This document shows positions 1 through 12,914 of a stretch of 64,000 nt of DNA, piece after piece. Below the pieces are notes generated by a model, which was not told where the DNA came from, did not search any database, and worked only from the letters and a program-made list of their open reading frames with translations. How positions within the stretch are numbered: the stretch's first letter is position 1; every line of letters starts with the position of its first letter. A program made the translations under genes and the position numbers. Origin of the DNA: Eledone cirrhosa (lineage: Eukaryota); NCBI GenBank assembly GCA_964016885.1, contig OZ024743.1:254076001-254140000 (forward strand), given 5' to 3'.

Positions 1-60
1 TAAAGGGACGTAACTCTATGCTTCAAAGCATGGTGTCCGACTCTCTACGGATACTGCCAA
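1..60 (-). mobile_element. tRNA-derived SINE head, cut by the window edge; same family as 13800-13985 and 25028-25203
   Basis: Nearly matches 25147-25203 (taaagggacgtaac..atgct..aaagcatgg.gtccgac.ctctac.gatact.ccaa). Confidence 0.75.
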
Positions 61-404
61 TCCACAATGTTTGCCAAACTGACTCTCATTTATACATATT
101 TCAGAAAGAGTTATTAAAAAGATTAAGTTTAGAAAATGAATTAGTAATATACGAAAGAAACCAAAAAAATAAAAATAAAAATAAAATGGTAGCAGTTATA
201 GGGTCATGTGTGTCTGTATATTAAGTAATGAATTTCCTTTTCGTTAGCACAAGTGTGTCAATTATTGATAATATTGTCTTGGTGAGAGAGAAAGAGAGAA
301 GAATATAGAAACAGCAGCAATATAAAAAGAGACCAACTTGGTGTCAATTTGCCTCCAATATTTATTTTCCATTACTGTTTTGCTATCTAATGGTAGTTCT
401 ATTA

Positions 405-790
405 ATCTTTTCTGTTTAACTCTTCTAACTGGTTTAAGTCATTGGATGGTGGCCATGCTGGTGCACTGTTTTGAAACTAAATCGTTTCTGCCATTAGGCT
501 GCGGCAATCCTAGGGCCTTTACTGCCTTGGAATTATTTAGTTGGTCATATCGATTTGAGTACTTATTTTTCATCCATCTCTATTTGTCAAACTACTAAGT
601 TACAGAACAAACAAAATCAATCTAAAACAAACAAGGACACACATACACACATACATACATTGGGCTTCCACACAGTTTCCATTTACCAAATTTCATCTAC
701 AGGGAATTGCACCCATGATGACATACAACAGAACCGAACCCCAAAACATGTGGTTGTAAAACAAACTCCTTAACCATATAGCCATATCTA
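405..790 (-). mobile_element. Degenerate SINE-like repeat
   Basis: tRNA-like head on the minus strand at about 730-786 (tatggctatatggttaagg...gggttcggttc). Related pieces occur at 15203-15265 and 39180-39270. Confidence 0.45.
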
Positions 791-2779
791 TTGCACTCAG
801 TTTACTACAACATTGGCAAATATAATCTAAATGACAATATGTCACAGATACACAATAAGACTTAGATTTTGTTCATCAGATCTTCTGTACAGTAAATATA
901 TAGTCTGATATACATTTCTGCAGTACTACTTCATCTTTTGATTGAGCCTGCTCAAATTTATTTGATGCCGTTATACAATTCATCACAATCCTGCATAACA
1001 ATCTGGAGGTAAATAAGATAATATACCATGTGCGTATAAAGATTTTCTTGGATGACAGATACATATATACCCATGCTAAGCAATCATTATTACACTATTA
1101 AGAACTCTATTAAGTTCTTGCTTAAGTCTTTAGCAAAGTCCTATAAAACATATATATCCATGTTGTGGTGACCATATGAGTATATCACTAATGGGTTCTT
1201 GTTTCACCCTTCAGTCATGTCCTGCAAAACACATATATATCCAGGTTATGGTGTCCATAAAAATATATCCCTTGTGAGTTTTGCATAACACTCATGGAAT
1301 ATCCTCAAAATAAATGTCTTCTTCTAATTGTATTAAAAGTGTCAGCATATTCATATTCAGAATAACTTTGTTACATTTGACCTTTTCATTATGAATTTCA
1401 AGAGGAATATTTTGAGAAAAGAAACAGGGGCGAAAAACTTTGTAGATTTTGAACCATTGATTATACGGTCAGAAGTAATACACTTTAACCTCATAGCAAT
1501 TGTCAATTATACCTCTAAAACTGATCGGATTTAATAGAAGTTCAAACATAGACATACATTATTGGCAAGAAAAAGAAACATAATATTTCAACACGACAAA
1601 GCTGATCTAATTTCCTTCACTCCAGAACGAACCCAACACAAACATTAGTCAACTGTAGATAGACAAACATAGTGTGTTTATCTAAAATATAAATATAGTA
1701 AAACATATCGAACATTAAGTGTTACACATTGTCTGCTAGAAATAGAACATGAAAGTATATAAAAGATGACATACAAAAGAAAGTTGAGATTATCAACAAA
1801 CTACATCAACCTTTCTCAATAGATTTACAGAATTATTATTCACTTGTTAGAACAACGGCCAAAAATAAAAAATAAAATATAATATAATATAATAAAACAA
1901 AACATAATAAAAATAAGTAAAATAAATGAAAATATGTGTCAATAGAGAAAGATTCTATTGCCCATATAACTGCTGATATCATGATGTATTGCTTGCTTTA
2001 GAAATAAACTTTTGGAAAGCAAAAGAAGTGGTGTCCAGTTCTAGATCTTGTGAATTCGATTGTGTAAGTGAGTTGTAGTTCAACAAGTTATGTTTCCAGT
2101 AGTAGACATTTGTATGTTAGTGATGAGTTTAACCCTTTATTTACAAAACCACCTGAAACCAGCCCTGGTTCCATGTTACAAACTATATTTCAAAAAGTGC
2201 ATATATACCTAAATCTTTCCATCATAATTTTATACAAGATTTGTGTTATGTACCAAACACTAGATAAATAATGTGAAAGTTAGTTACATTACTAAACCCC
2301 TGCACATTCTTGATTATTTTCAAAAGCTGTGTCTTTCATCCGAAATATATTAATGAAAAAAAGGTATACACCACTATCACGCATATATTATAATGAGAAT
2401 AATTGAAATGGGAGAAGTGGTAACCCATTATAGCGATTGAGTACTTTTGTTATTTACTAGATTGTGTAATTTCTAGTAGGTCTCCTTCACTAGACATATG
2501 TACGTTGGTGATGAGTTTAACTCAGGATAGACACCAGTATCACACACAAACACAAACAATTCAGAATCAAAACAAGAATACAGATCTATTAGAATTTATT
2601 TTAATCATTTACAAAAATAAAAAAATAAAAAACGAAAGAAATGTTTAATGTTACAGTTATCGTATATCGTATGCCAACATGGAACGAGAACGTTAAATGA
2701 TAACTTATATTACATGTTTCTCTCTCTCTATATATATATATTATATAGAAGTCGTTACACAACAGTTAGTCCACCATAC

Positions 2780-2817
2780 CGAGAACAATTGTTTCACCTT
2801 AGCGGATCCTCAGCTAG
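2780..2817 (-). ncRNA. Minimal type I hammerhead ribozyme motif (left-arm copy)
   Basis: Minus strand reads ctag-CTGAGGA-tccgctaaggt-GAAA-caattg-TT-ctcg. Helix III ACAATTGT is palindromic. Helix I is better preserved in the right-arm copy. Confidence 0.55.
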
Positions 2818-3323
2818 TAATGGACATGGTTATACGGAACAGGAAGGACAGCCGTACGAACGCGCATGCGTAGAAACGACCACTTCACACAGGCAATACT
2901 AAAAGGCCTGCGAGAGGTGTAAGTGGGATAACTGCGAAAGTCCGAAAAGTTTCTAGTTGATAAGAAAGTAAGGATGTTGTTGTAATTCAATCCGGAGCTG
3001 TGTAGTTACGTAAGAGGTGATTCGAGACGTGTAGATAACGTGTGAAGAATTCATTTCTCGTGTTTAGGCAATCGCTATTGCATAATCTCTTTAGAATATT
3101 TATTCGTTCATCAATACATAGTCCATACGACGTAACTACAAAGCTCCGGATTGAATTACAACAACATCCTTACTTTCTTATCAACTAGAAACTTTTCGGA
3201 CTTTCGCAGTTATCTACCTTACAACTCTGGCACGCCTTTTAGTATTGCCTGTGTGAAGTGATCGTTTCTACGCATGCGCGTTCGTACGGTTTTCCTTCCT
3301 GTTCCGTATAACTATGTCCATCA

Positions 3324-3361
3324 CGAGCTGAGTATCCGCTAAGGTGAAACAATTGTTCTCG
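3324..3361 (+). ncRNA. Minimal type I hammerhead ribozyme motif (right-arm copy, core G8 mutated)
   Basis: cgag-CTGAGTA-tccgctaaggt-GAAA-caattg-TT-ctcg; helix I is cgag/ctcg. Confidence 0.5.
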
Positions 3362-3480
3362 GTATGGTGAGCTAACTGTTGTGTAACCACTTCTACCAAA
3401 CTCGTCCCATGGACAGAGTGCTCTACCACTACGGATATTACCTTCCAGTGTTCTACCACTATATATATTATATATATATA

Positions 3481-6400
3481 TAATAATAATAATGAAATTA
3501 TTGTGTACAGCGCTCAGGTGCACTACAACTCATCAAAGGTGCATGCATAGTACATAGAATAATGTACAAATGTCAGGAAAATGAACAGTGTTTGAGTCAT
3601 GAAATACATGTGCGCATGTGTATGGAGGTATGGTATCAAGAATAGTGTTGGCGAATCTCAGGAAGCATGGAGCTTTTAAAGGATGCAGTGTCTCGACAGC
3701 TAATAACTGATACAGGTAGTTTGTTCCATGCTTCAGCAACTCTGAAAAAATGTTTCCGAAAGTCATGGGAGCTGTGCTGTTTTCTGACTGTGTTGGCATG
3801 CCCACGTGTGTTAGACACATGGAAATCAAAAAGGTGCTCATGGGTGTTGTTGGCAAGATGGTTAATAATTTTGTTGGTGTTTACCAAGTCAGTTGCCAGA
3901 CATCGGAGCTTCAATGTATCCATGCCCAGGGAAGTAAGGCGTTCAGAGTATGGTAGATGCCTAATGGAGGGTATTCGCTCGGTTACACGTCTCTGAAGAG
4001 TTTTGAGGCGGTCAATGTTCTGAGCAAAATAGAGGTTCGAGACTGGTGATGCAAATTCTAAGTGTGGCCGCACCATAGCTATATACAGCTTTAAATAGAT
4101 AGCTGGAGAGTGGCAGACAAAGGTCTTGCTGAGTGATGCTATGACACCCTCGGCCTTCTTGACAATGTTAGAGACCTACTTCGTCCGGCGCAAATCGCTG
4201 CTGACAGTAATGTCTAAGTCATGTTCACAAGAAGGCTTCTTGATATTAGTGTTGTGGAGGGAGTATGTGGACGCTGAGTTTTTACTCCCAAAATTCATGG
4301 TGGCACACTTGTCCGCAGCCAACTTGAGTTGTCAGTCCGTGATCCATTGTTGCATTGTGTCCAGGTCAAATTGCAAAGATCTATAGTGTTCAGGATCTGT
4401 CTTTTTTATCTCAAGGTACAGCTTGATGTCATCTGCATATTTCAGTACTGTCACATTCTTTAAGTTGGCATCTATGTCATTAATATATTCCACAAGCAAA
4501 AGGGGGCCAAGTACAGATCCCTGTCGTACACCAGATGACATCGCATACGGTGAGGAATGCTGTCCTAGAACCGTGACTACCTCACTTCGACTGAGAATGA
4601 AGGACTTCAACTAGTTAAAACGATCATCCTTTACACACATTGCAGAGAGTTTTGCCATAAGTCTTTTGTGTGGTACAGAATTGAAAGCTTTAGCAAAGTC
4701 AAGGTAAATAACATCCACCCATGAGCCATCATCAGTGATTCAGGTGATGTTTCTAGAAACTCGATAAGTTGATCACAGCAGCTGGAGTTAGGGATAAATC
4801 CAAATTGCAAGGGCCGGATAAGACTGTGAGAGTTCCAGAAGTTCCAAAGTGTTTCTCTGACACAGGATTCCATCAGTTTGGCAACACAGCTAGTAAGACT
4901 GACTGGACGATAGTTGACAGGTGATGTGTGGTCACCCTTTTTGAACAGAGGAATGACACTGGCAGTTTTCTACTGCTCTGGAGTAGCACCGTTGTTCAGA
5001 CAGAATTGGAAGAAGCATGATAGCTGGTGCAGAAGGAGGTACCCACCAAGTTTGAGAAGCAGGTACGTAACACCATCAAGACCAGGAGAGGCATGGTTGT
5101 GTTTATTTTTAAGGTGACGTCGCAGCATTGCAGGTGTAAATTCCATAGTTGTAATATAATCATAGTCACAGGTGGTGGAGATGGTACACTCTGGTCTTCA
5201 ACAGTGAAAATGCCTGCATAGCATTCAGCAATGAGTCTGCGCATTCCTTGGGGTCGTCAGTAACCTGGCTTGTGTGGGGATTGCGAAGAGGACCAACTGG
5301 AGAGTGGGGCCTCTGCTTTGAGTGAACATACTTCCAGAACACCTTACTGTCAGGGTTGGCTGCTATGCACTGCTCAAATTGAAGCACTGCCCTTTTTGTC
5401 ACCTGCTTGAGATGGTTGGATAATTTATTTCGCTTTTTCTTATTGATATCTGATTTATGCAGTTTGTACTAATGTTCAGCATTACGACGTTCTTTGCTGG
5501 CACGACGGACTGCTGCACTTTTGGGATGTTTTTTCTGCTTACATGGCAGCGATGCTGCACATGCTGTCCATATTGAGTTCAGGATGTTCTGGAGTACAGT
5601 GTTGACATCTCCAGAGTTGTAAAACTCAAGCCAGTTTGGACGTTGCAGCTCTGTCCAGTAACAGTTCCAGTTTGCTTTATTCCAGTCAAAGTGAGTAGTT
5701 TGGAGATGGTTGTGGGTTTTTTTACTGCCCATGAGGGACAGATTGGCAATGATCATAGCATGATCAGAGTCACCTAAAGTTTCCTCACTAGTAACACTAA
5801 TAACTGTTTCAGGAGTAGTGGTGAAGAGTAGGTCCAAAGTGTTGTCACCTCTTGTTGGGGAGGTGACTAATTGGGACCAGTTCGAGTCCAGCACTAGCTC
5901 AAGGAAATCATTTGCACTTTGCAGCCAGCGAAAGGTTTCCCAGTCAATCTCAGGATGATTGAAGTCGCCTGCAATAAAAACATAAGTGGCTGTTTTCCAG
6001 GCAGCAGCTCCGAGGATATCACAAAGTTGAGTGTCCTGATGGTAATTTGGGGGACGGCAAACGACTCCAAGAAGCAGTGTTGACATGGTCATACGTATAT
6101 TGCAGAAAAATACTTCTTGCTGCGATTGGTTCAAATCAACACAAGGAATTGCAGAAGAATTTGACCGAACGTAGACCATTACACCGCCACGATGAATAAT
6201 GCCGTCTTTACAAAACAAATTGTAGAAAGTTATGCTGAAAACCCCATCACAGAGTAAGCAATGTGTCCATGTTTCCGTGACTGTAATGAAGTCAGGGTCG
6301 ATACTTTTGACGTAGGAGTCAAAAAGATGTATCTTATTGCATTGACTACGTGCATTTAAGGACAACAATTTGTACCTTGATTCCAGTCTATGATTATGTG

Positions 6401-7432
6401 CAGGGAATGGCAGGTTGTTCTGATTTAGTTTACCCGAGGTTTTCAGTTTTTTTATTGCCAGTTGTTGTGGGTACAGTGTTTTCAGACCAGCTGATATCTC
6501 TTCTCCATGTTTCACCAGCCTTAATATCTGCCCATCATCACGCACGTTAAAGCTTCCATGTTGTGCCGTGTTGCGGTTTAAGGAAGCTGCAGCACGCAGC
6601 TTTGGGCGGACATCAGGTGGAAGACCAGGTTGTGTTCAGAAGGAAATCCGACTTTCACGCATAGCTTTATCAGAGGCCAAAATGAACGTGCCTCACTTGA
6701 GTTCGAAAAGGACAGTCTAATTAACCTGGGATTCGGACCTGTTCGGCCAAGGAGTAGAGATCCCTTCGGGGGAGCACAGCTGAAGTTATTGGATGAAATG
6801 GCAGCAAATGGCTGAAGATCAACTATGTCTTCTGGTACACCAATGGCAATCACTTCGTGGTTTACAGATTCAGTGGCATTGGCAATGCCACTGAATCATT
6901 TGCCGTATTTCTGCAAAGTCTGTATTGACGGTCGATTTTTATTGTTGATGTTCTTCAACAGGCATTGGTAGGGGAGACACAGTCATCACTTGTTGTTGTT
7001 GAAAAGTAATGGGGAAAGAAGACATGGGTTGCTGTTGTTGATGGAGTCCTTCAACAGGAGGAGTAGCAGAAGCTATGGTCATTGGCTTTTGCTGTTGTTC
7101 AGGAACAATGGAAGAGGAAGACACAATCGTCGGTTTTTGTTGTCGTTCAACAGCAATGGTAGAGGCAGACACACAAGCCAGGTACTGAAAGGACCAATTT
7201 GGTAGTTGGACCATTTCCCAGAGCCTATCCATTATAGAAGTATGGTGTCTCTTTTTCTGACCTGGCATCTTTCAAAAGTTTGTGGCATTTTGAAGGCAGA
7301 TAGAAACACGACACTTGCCACATTCGACCCATCAATTTCGGAAGGAGTTCTCTGGTTCTCTACATGGATGACAGACGTGATTTTCTGGGCAATGTTCTAT
7401 TTTGGAACATCGCCCAGTTTTATTACACACTA
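3481..7432 (-). mobile_element. Near-full-length CR1-clade LINE, degenerate
   Basis: APE endonuclease (LNARS, ITVTETW, AGDFNHP, PTRGDNTLDL, SDH) in 5469-6545. RT motifs QFGF, GVRQGSVLGPLL and KYADD in 4332-4873. CR1-type C-terminus (VRPHLEFASPV, TRGH, AWNKLP). (ATT)n tail at about 3481-3500. ORF1 remnant at 6550-7330. Confidence 0.9.
3636..6400 (-). pseudogene. CR1 ORF2 (APE endonuclease and reverse transcriptase), frameshifted and interrupted by stops
   Basis: ORFs 5469-6545, 5166-5402, 4996-5244, 4631-4873, 4332-4610 and 3636-4076 are collinear pieces of one polyprotein. Confidence 0.85.
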
Positions 7433-8897
7433 TATATATATACATCCTGTCTATCTCTTCTCTCTCTCTGTTTGAACATATATGTGTACGTATGTGTGGT
7501 TGGGTGCATGTGTGTATATATGTTTGGTCATGTGCATGTGTGTACATGTGTATGGGTGTATGTGCATACGTATATGTAAATGTGTGTACATAAATATATA
7601 TGAATGAGTGTGTGTACATATGTGCCGGTGTTTATGTGTAAATATATATGTAGGTATACGTGTGTGTATTTGTAAATGTGTTGGTATGTATATGCTTGTG
7701 TGTGTGTTTGTGTGTGTAGTAATAATCTCATAATTCTTCAGTCTGGTTTTGAATGATGGAATATTTTTGCCAGATTTGTTTGGTTGGTTCTCATAAATCT
7801 TTATTAAGTAGGAGTCCCCTTCTCTGAAACCAGAGCCCCTTATATGTAAATGCACCTGTATTAGACCTCTTCAGTATATGATCCTGTTATTTTGACTTCT
7901 TTAAAATTTATCTTGAGAAATAAACTTCCTCAAATCTCAGAAACATATGTTCAACTTTGAAGTCCCCTACTACATAGATCTTAATACACAGTCCTATTTC
8001 AATATTGCAGTATGTGATGAGTAGAATACATACACACACACATATGCACAAATGGACACAGATATACACAGATATGTAGGCACACACATGTAGACACAAA
8101 TATGTAGAAACACACACAAACAAATTTATATGTAGAAACACAACACATACATTGACATATACACATATACACACACATACAAATTCACAAACACACATAT
8201 GTATACACACATACATACATATACACACACACATATCCCAGCAGGCCAGATTGTATTGCAGTGTTCCAAATCTTTTTTTTTACTCTGAGTTTCAATCCTG
8301 TCATGATCTCTTTTGCTTTTCACTCATTCAGTGTCAATAAAAGAAGGTTGTACAAGATCATGTAATAAGGATGGTTAATGAGGGGGAGGGGGGGGGGGTT
8401 AAAACATCAGACAAGATGTCATATGTTACTTATTCTGGCTCTTTGTGGTCTGAGTTCAAATCTCTCTAAGGCAATTGGGTGACTTTAGTGGAGGTAACAA
8501 TGTGGGAAGACTACAGGCTAGTGTCTAGTTTGAGTAGATATTCTTTTCTCATTTACACAAGTATTGAATGCCTTTCAAAAAGTTATGGGCAGTTGCATTT
8601 CCTCCCAGTTGAACTGTAAAAGAAAGCACATATAAACAAAAAGCAATATATATAAGCATACACATAAATATATATGTATATACATACACACACACACATC
8701 TATGTATATATATGTGTGTGTGAATGTATGTGTGTGTGTGTGTGTGTGCATGTCTGTTTATCTACTTTTATATTTATTCTTTTTCCTCTTCTTTTTTTTC
8801 TCTCTTCTTTTCCCCTCCTTCTTCCTTTTCCAGCCTCACTTTCATATAGATTATATTTTCTGTTTCTAAAATCCGGTCAATAAATACATCAGGATTT

Positions 8898-8958
8898 TTT
8901 CATTCTGATGAATGAAAGCAAATTTCGTTTGCTTTCAAGAAACCACTGGTAAATGAAA
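8898..8958 (+). ncRNA. Type I hammerhead ribozyme motif
   Basis: tttcatt-CTGATGA-a-tgaaagcaaa-tttcg-tttgctttca-a-GAAA-ccactgg-TA-aatgaaa. Helix I is 7 bp, helix II is 10 bp, helix III is near-palindromic. Predicted cleavage after A8951. Confidence 0.75.
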
Positions 8959-8983
8959 TAATTATCTTATGTTGTTTATTATA

Positions 8984-9041
<58 letters not shown>

Positions 9042-9180
9042 TAAACAAATAATGAATAAAACAATGAAACAGTTCCTTATATTAAACAAAAAAAGTTCAT
9101 TATTTAACGATCATTTCTAGGATATATATGTGTAAATTTATCTACATATATATATATATATATATAATATAATTATATAT

Positions 9181-9637
9181 AAGATAACCAACTAGAGGTT
9201 ATGAGTACTCTGTATCAAGGATAGTTTTAATGTTCGGCATTGTCTGACTCAACAAGAATTTTCCTGAGTTGGGTTGCCGGTTTAAGAAAGTTCCTGGGCA
9301 GGCGGTTCTTGGAGTAATAATAGTAAAAGAATTAAGAAATACGTGGTCGGCTGTACAATAGGGTTTATTTAAAGTAATAACAATTGTTTCATTTGTCCAG
9401 TGTGTCTAAAAGTCGCTGATCGTTAGAAGTCACGTCACTCGATTTTAATTACAGTCAATACCCGACCAAATCATCAGAATACTGATCTGTGGTCGGTATC
9501 GACTGTAAATAAAGTTGAGTGACGTGACTTCTAACAATAAGCGACTTTTAGACACACCGGACAAATGAAATAATTGTTAATATTTTAAATAAACCCTATT
9601 GTACAGCCAGCCATGTTATTCTTAATTCTTTTACTAT
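9181..9637. mobile_element. Penelope-like pLTR foldback (arms about 9320-9477 and 9482-9637)
   Basis: Reverse-complementary arms (ggctgtacaatagggtttatttaaa / tttaaataaaccctattgtacagcc), a 4-nt loop and TA flanks. The left arm contains a hammerhead motif. Confidence 0.7.
9374..9482 (-). ncRNA. Type I hammerhead motif with a long helix II insertion
   Basis: Minus strand reads gtatt-CTGATGA-tttggtc...(long insert)...ggacaaat-GAAA-caattg-TT-attac. The right arm has aatat at the matching position, which restores helix I. Confidence 0.55.
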
Positions 9638-9642
9638 ATATA

Positions 9643-12265
9643 TCATCATCATCATCATCATCATTTTACACCAGCTTTTCTCTGCTTGCAAGAGTTGGAC
9701 GGGTCCTATTCAGAACAGCATCTCTCCACTTGTCACAGTCCTCCGTCATCTCCTCGGTGAGTTTCAGCGATCTGAGGTCTGCTCTCACCACCTCCGCCTA
9801 TGTTTTACATGGTCTACATCTACTGCATCTTCCTTCTACTGGGATTTCTTGGCACTTCTTTACCCAGCGGTCATCCTCCATGTGCTTCACATGTCCATAC
9901 CATCTCAACCTTCTCTCCTGCACACCACAACTTATCCCTCTTATACCCAGTTTCTTTCTCAACTCGTCCATGCTTGGTTGTTCATGCACATTGACATTGC
10001 ACATTCAACGGAGCATACTTGCTTCATTTCTCTCCAGCTATCGCATATGCTCTGCAGTTGCTGCCCATCTCTCACTACCATGTAGCATCGCACATCTCAC
10101 ACATGCATCATATAACCGTCCTTTCATATGCAGGGAGAAACCCTTCTTTGTCAACAAAGGAAGCAGCTCCTTAAACTTTTTCCAACCCATCCTTATTTTA
10201 AATACACACCCTCCCATTCTAATCTGATCACCTAGTTACCAGAAGCCATCAACTTCTATAGAATCCACCTGCATTGGAAAAATGTGTCTATCACTGCGAC
10301 TAATACTGCCAACTTTCCCTGTATATCTACTGCATACATAGTTTTCCCTACCTGTTAGTTTGCCTGCTATCCCACTACATCTCTTGTGTACCCAAGATCT
10401 GCATTGCGTACATTTTATGGAATGTATGCCAGTTCCTTTCCTACATATCGAACATGGCCATTTCCCTGATGGAATCAGAGTATTGTCCTCTCTTCTACTT
10501 ATCAACACTTTTGTCTTAGCTATGTTCACCCTCAGTCCTCTTCATTCTAACTGCTGTTTCCATAGCCAGAATTTATTCTCTAGCTCCTCTACTGATTCTG
10601 CTATAAGAGCCAGATCATCAGCATATAGAAGTTCCCATGGGCAGCCCGTATTATACTCCTCTGTTATGGCTTGGAGGACTATAATGAACAAGAGCGGGCT
10701 GAGGACCGAACCCTGATGTACATCTACTTTTATCTGGACAGCACCCCTGTACATAGCTTACACTGCCCTCACAAGCCATTCCTCTACACCTAGTTTCCTT
10801 AGGGACCACCAGATGACAGATCGGGATACCCTATCAAAGGCCTTCTCTAGGTCAACAAAAGCTAAGTATAGTGGCTTATTGTTCTCTAAGAACTTCTCTT
10901 GTAGTTGCCTCACTAAGAAGAGAGCACCTGTTGTACTTTTCCAAGGCACAAAACCATATAATTTGACCCTTTCTCTAATCAGTTGCGTTAATATTCTTTC
11001 TGCCACTTTCATAATCTGATCCATGAGGTTTATACCCCTATAATTGCTCCTCTCTAGAACATCCCCTTTAACTTTGTAGCAATTTATGAGAATACTGCTA
11101 CACCAGTTTTGGGGTATGGCACCACCATATATAACTTGATTGATGATGCGTGCAACTAGTTTAATGCCTACTTCACCTGATGCCTTCAGCATATCACCAA
11201 CTATCCCCGACGGTCCAGCAGCCTTACCATTCTTCCTTTCTTTAATTGCCTCTTATACCCTATATTTGTTAATCTCAATAGCTGGTTCCTCAGTTGGGTC
11301 TACTGTGGGTAATTTCTCTCTGTCCCATTCATTCTCCACTTTCATCAGTCTCTCATAATGACATTTCCAGGCCTCCTTTTTTTATCATTTGTGACACTAA
11401 GTACATCGGCATCATTCTAGACACATTTATCTCCAACAACATCCTGATTTGCACTGACACACTGCCTTGCAATCCGGAACACCGCACGTCTCTGATCTTC
11501 CCGTTGCAAAACATTGGCAAACCTCCTACTCTCAGCCTCCCTGCATGCTAAGTACACCTGATGCCTAGCTTCTCTGCTTGCAGCTGTGTATCCTTTCCTA
11601 CTCCCACCATTTTTCCAAGCCTACCATGCCAGTCTTTTGTCTCTAATGGCCCTATTTACCATGCTGTTCCACCACCAGGTCACTCTCTGTCTGGTTGAAG
11701 CTCTGCCCATCCACACGTTTCTTCAGTAGCCTGCAGTAAGTTGTCACGTAAGAAATTCCAGTTATCATCTATGTCATACAACTCTAAATCATCTTCTTTT
11801 TTTGTCATACACGTCTTGATTTAGCTACCAGACTTTTCTTTTCCACACCTTCCTGTATGTCTCATTCTTTCTCATGCTAACTGAGATGTCACTAACGACT
11901 AACCTATGCTGTGGGGTCCATTCTTCCACAGGGTATGCCTTAGTATTTGACACCATCTGTCTGTCTCACTGTCTAACTAGCAGGAAGTCAATCTGGCCTA
12001 TGTGCTCGCCTGATTTGTAGGTTATTAGGTGATTGGTAGGCTTCTGGAAGTTAGTGTTGCAAATGGTTAGTGCACACAAAATTCAAGAAGCCTCACTCCT
12101 TCATTTCTTGAGCCGCAACTGTGCCCACCATGTACCCCAGTGTATCCATCCTGGAGCTGCCCAACATGTCCATTGAAGTCCCCTTCTAGCTTAACGATGT
12201 CTCTGTCATTGAGACTGTTTGTAAAAGTTGCTCGTAGAAGCAGTCTTTCTCTTCTTTACCTATGA
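9643..12265 (-). mobile_element. RTE-clade LINE, 5'-truncated and degenerate
   Basis: RT motifs NYRGINL, FVDLEKAFDRV, VHQGSVLSPLLF and LLYADD. RTE C-terminus (RRLRWYGHV, GR..RP.KT). APE remnant at about 11900-12260. (GAT)n tail at 9643-9663. Confidence 0.9.
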
Positions 12266-12287
12266 TGATTGTCAGAGCTATTTATCA

Positions 12288-12600
12288 AATTAAAAATCCG
12301 AGGAATTAATAGACAAAAATATACCTCCTGTAGTTCGCAAAAATTGCTTTGCAGCAATCCTATGAGGTTATAAGTCTTATCATGAGCTGCCTCAGTTAGT
12401 GCAGCGTTTCTTGACCCAATAATTACAAGTGAATAATGCTAGAGAGGTAGAGAGAAAAATCAACGTATGATACAGCGGTTAGAGAAGGGAAATGGATGCA
12501 CTTCCATAATTCAGGATTGCTGCAAAGCAATTTCGTGAAACTACAGTCGGGACCTTGAAGAAGAAATAGGTATATTTTAGTCTATTATTTCCTTGCATCT

Positions 12601-12607
<7 letters not shown>
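12288..12607. repeat. Imperfect inverted repeat, probably an old PLE foldback
   Basis: aattgctttgcagcaatcct (about 12342-12361) pairs with aggattgctgcaaagcaatt (about 12513-12532); aatagac..aatatacct pairs with aggtatatt..gtctatt. A GAAACTACAGTC half-hammerhead remnant is present. Ends at (TA)n. Confidence 0.55.
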
Positions 12608-12647
<40 letters not shown>

Positions 12648-12730
12648 TATATAACGAAGGAAATGTGGTAAGGAAGCAGGTGAACCATAACGCACCAAAG
12701 TACTCAATACTTAGGGTAGTAGAGTGGGTA

Positions 12731-12841
12731 ATAGAAACAAGTAAGACCCCGACGGCTGAGCTCAAGCCGTTTCGACGGCTAATTCCGTACAGAATTAGCC
12801 GTCGAAACGGCTTGAGCTCAGCCGTCGGGGTCTTACTTGTT

Positions 12842-12846
<5 letters not shown>
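12731..12846. repeat. Near-perfect palindrome with 55-bp arms inside a PLE-like end (12651-12850)
   Basis: acaagtaagaccccgacggctgagctcaagccgtttcgacggctaattc-cgtaca-gaattagccgtcgaaacggcttgagctcagccgtcggggtcttacttgt, flanked by (TA)n. Confidence 0.9.
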
Positions 12847-12891
<45 letters not shown>

Positions 12892-12914
12892 TATAAAAAA
12901 AAAAGATCTAAAGT

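Larger units (their letters stand above)
2746..3460. mobile_element. Penelope-like pLTR foldback with arms of about 265 bp (2746-3011 and 3130-3395), between (TA)n tracts
   Basis: Arms are visibly reverse-complementary (caatccggagctgtgtagttacgt / acgtaactacaaagctccggattg). Each arm contains a hammerhead motif. A + strand extension runs to about 3460, then (TA)n. Confidence 0.75.

Noticed and set aside
1060-1290. Degenerate roughly 80-bp tandem repeat (acatatatatccatg...ccata)
   Set aside because: Only two to three diverged units with no ribozyme core or other structure; an ordinary minisatellite.
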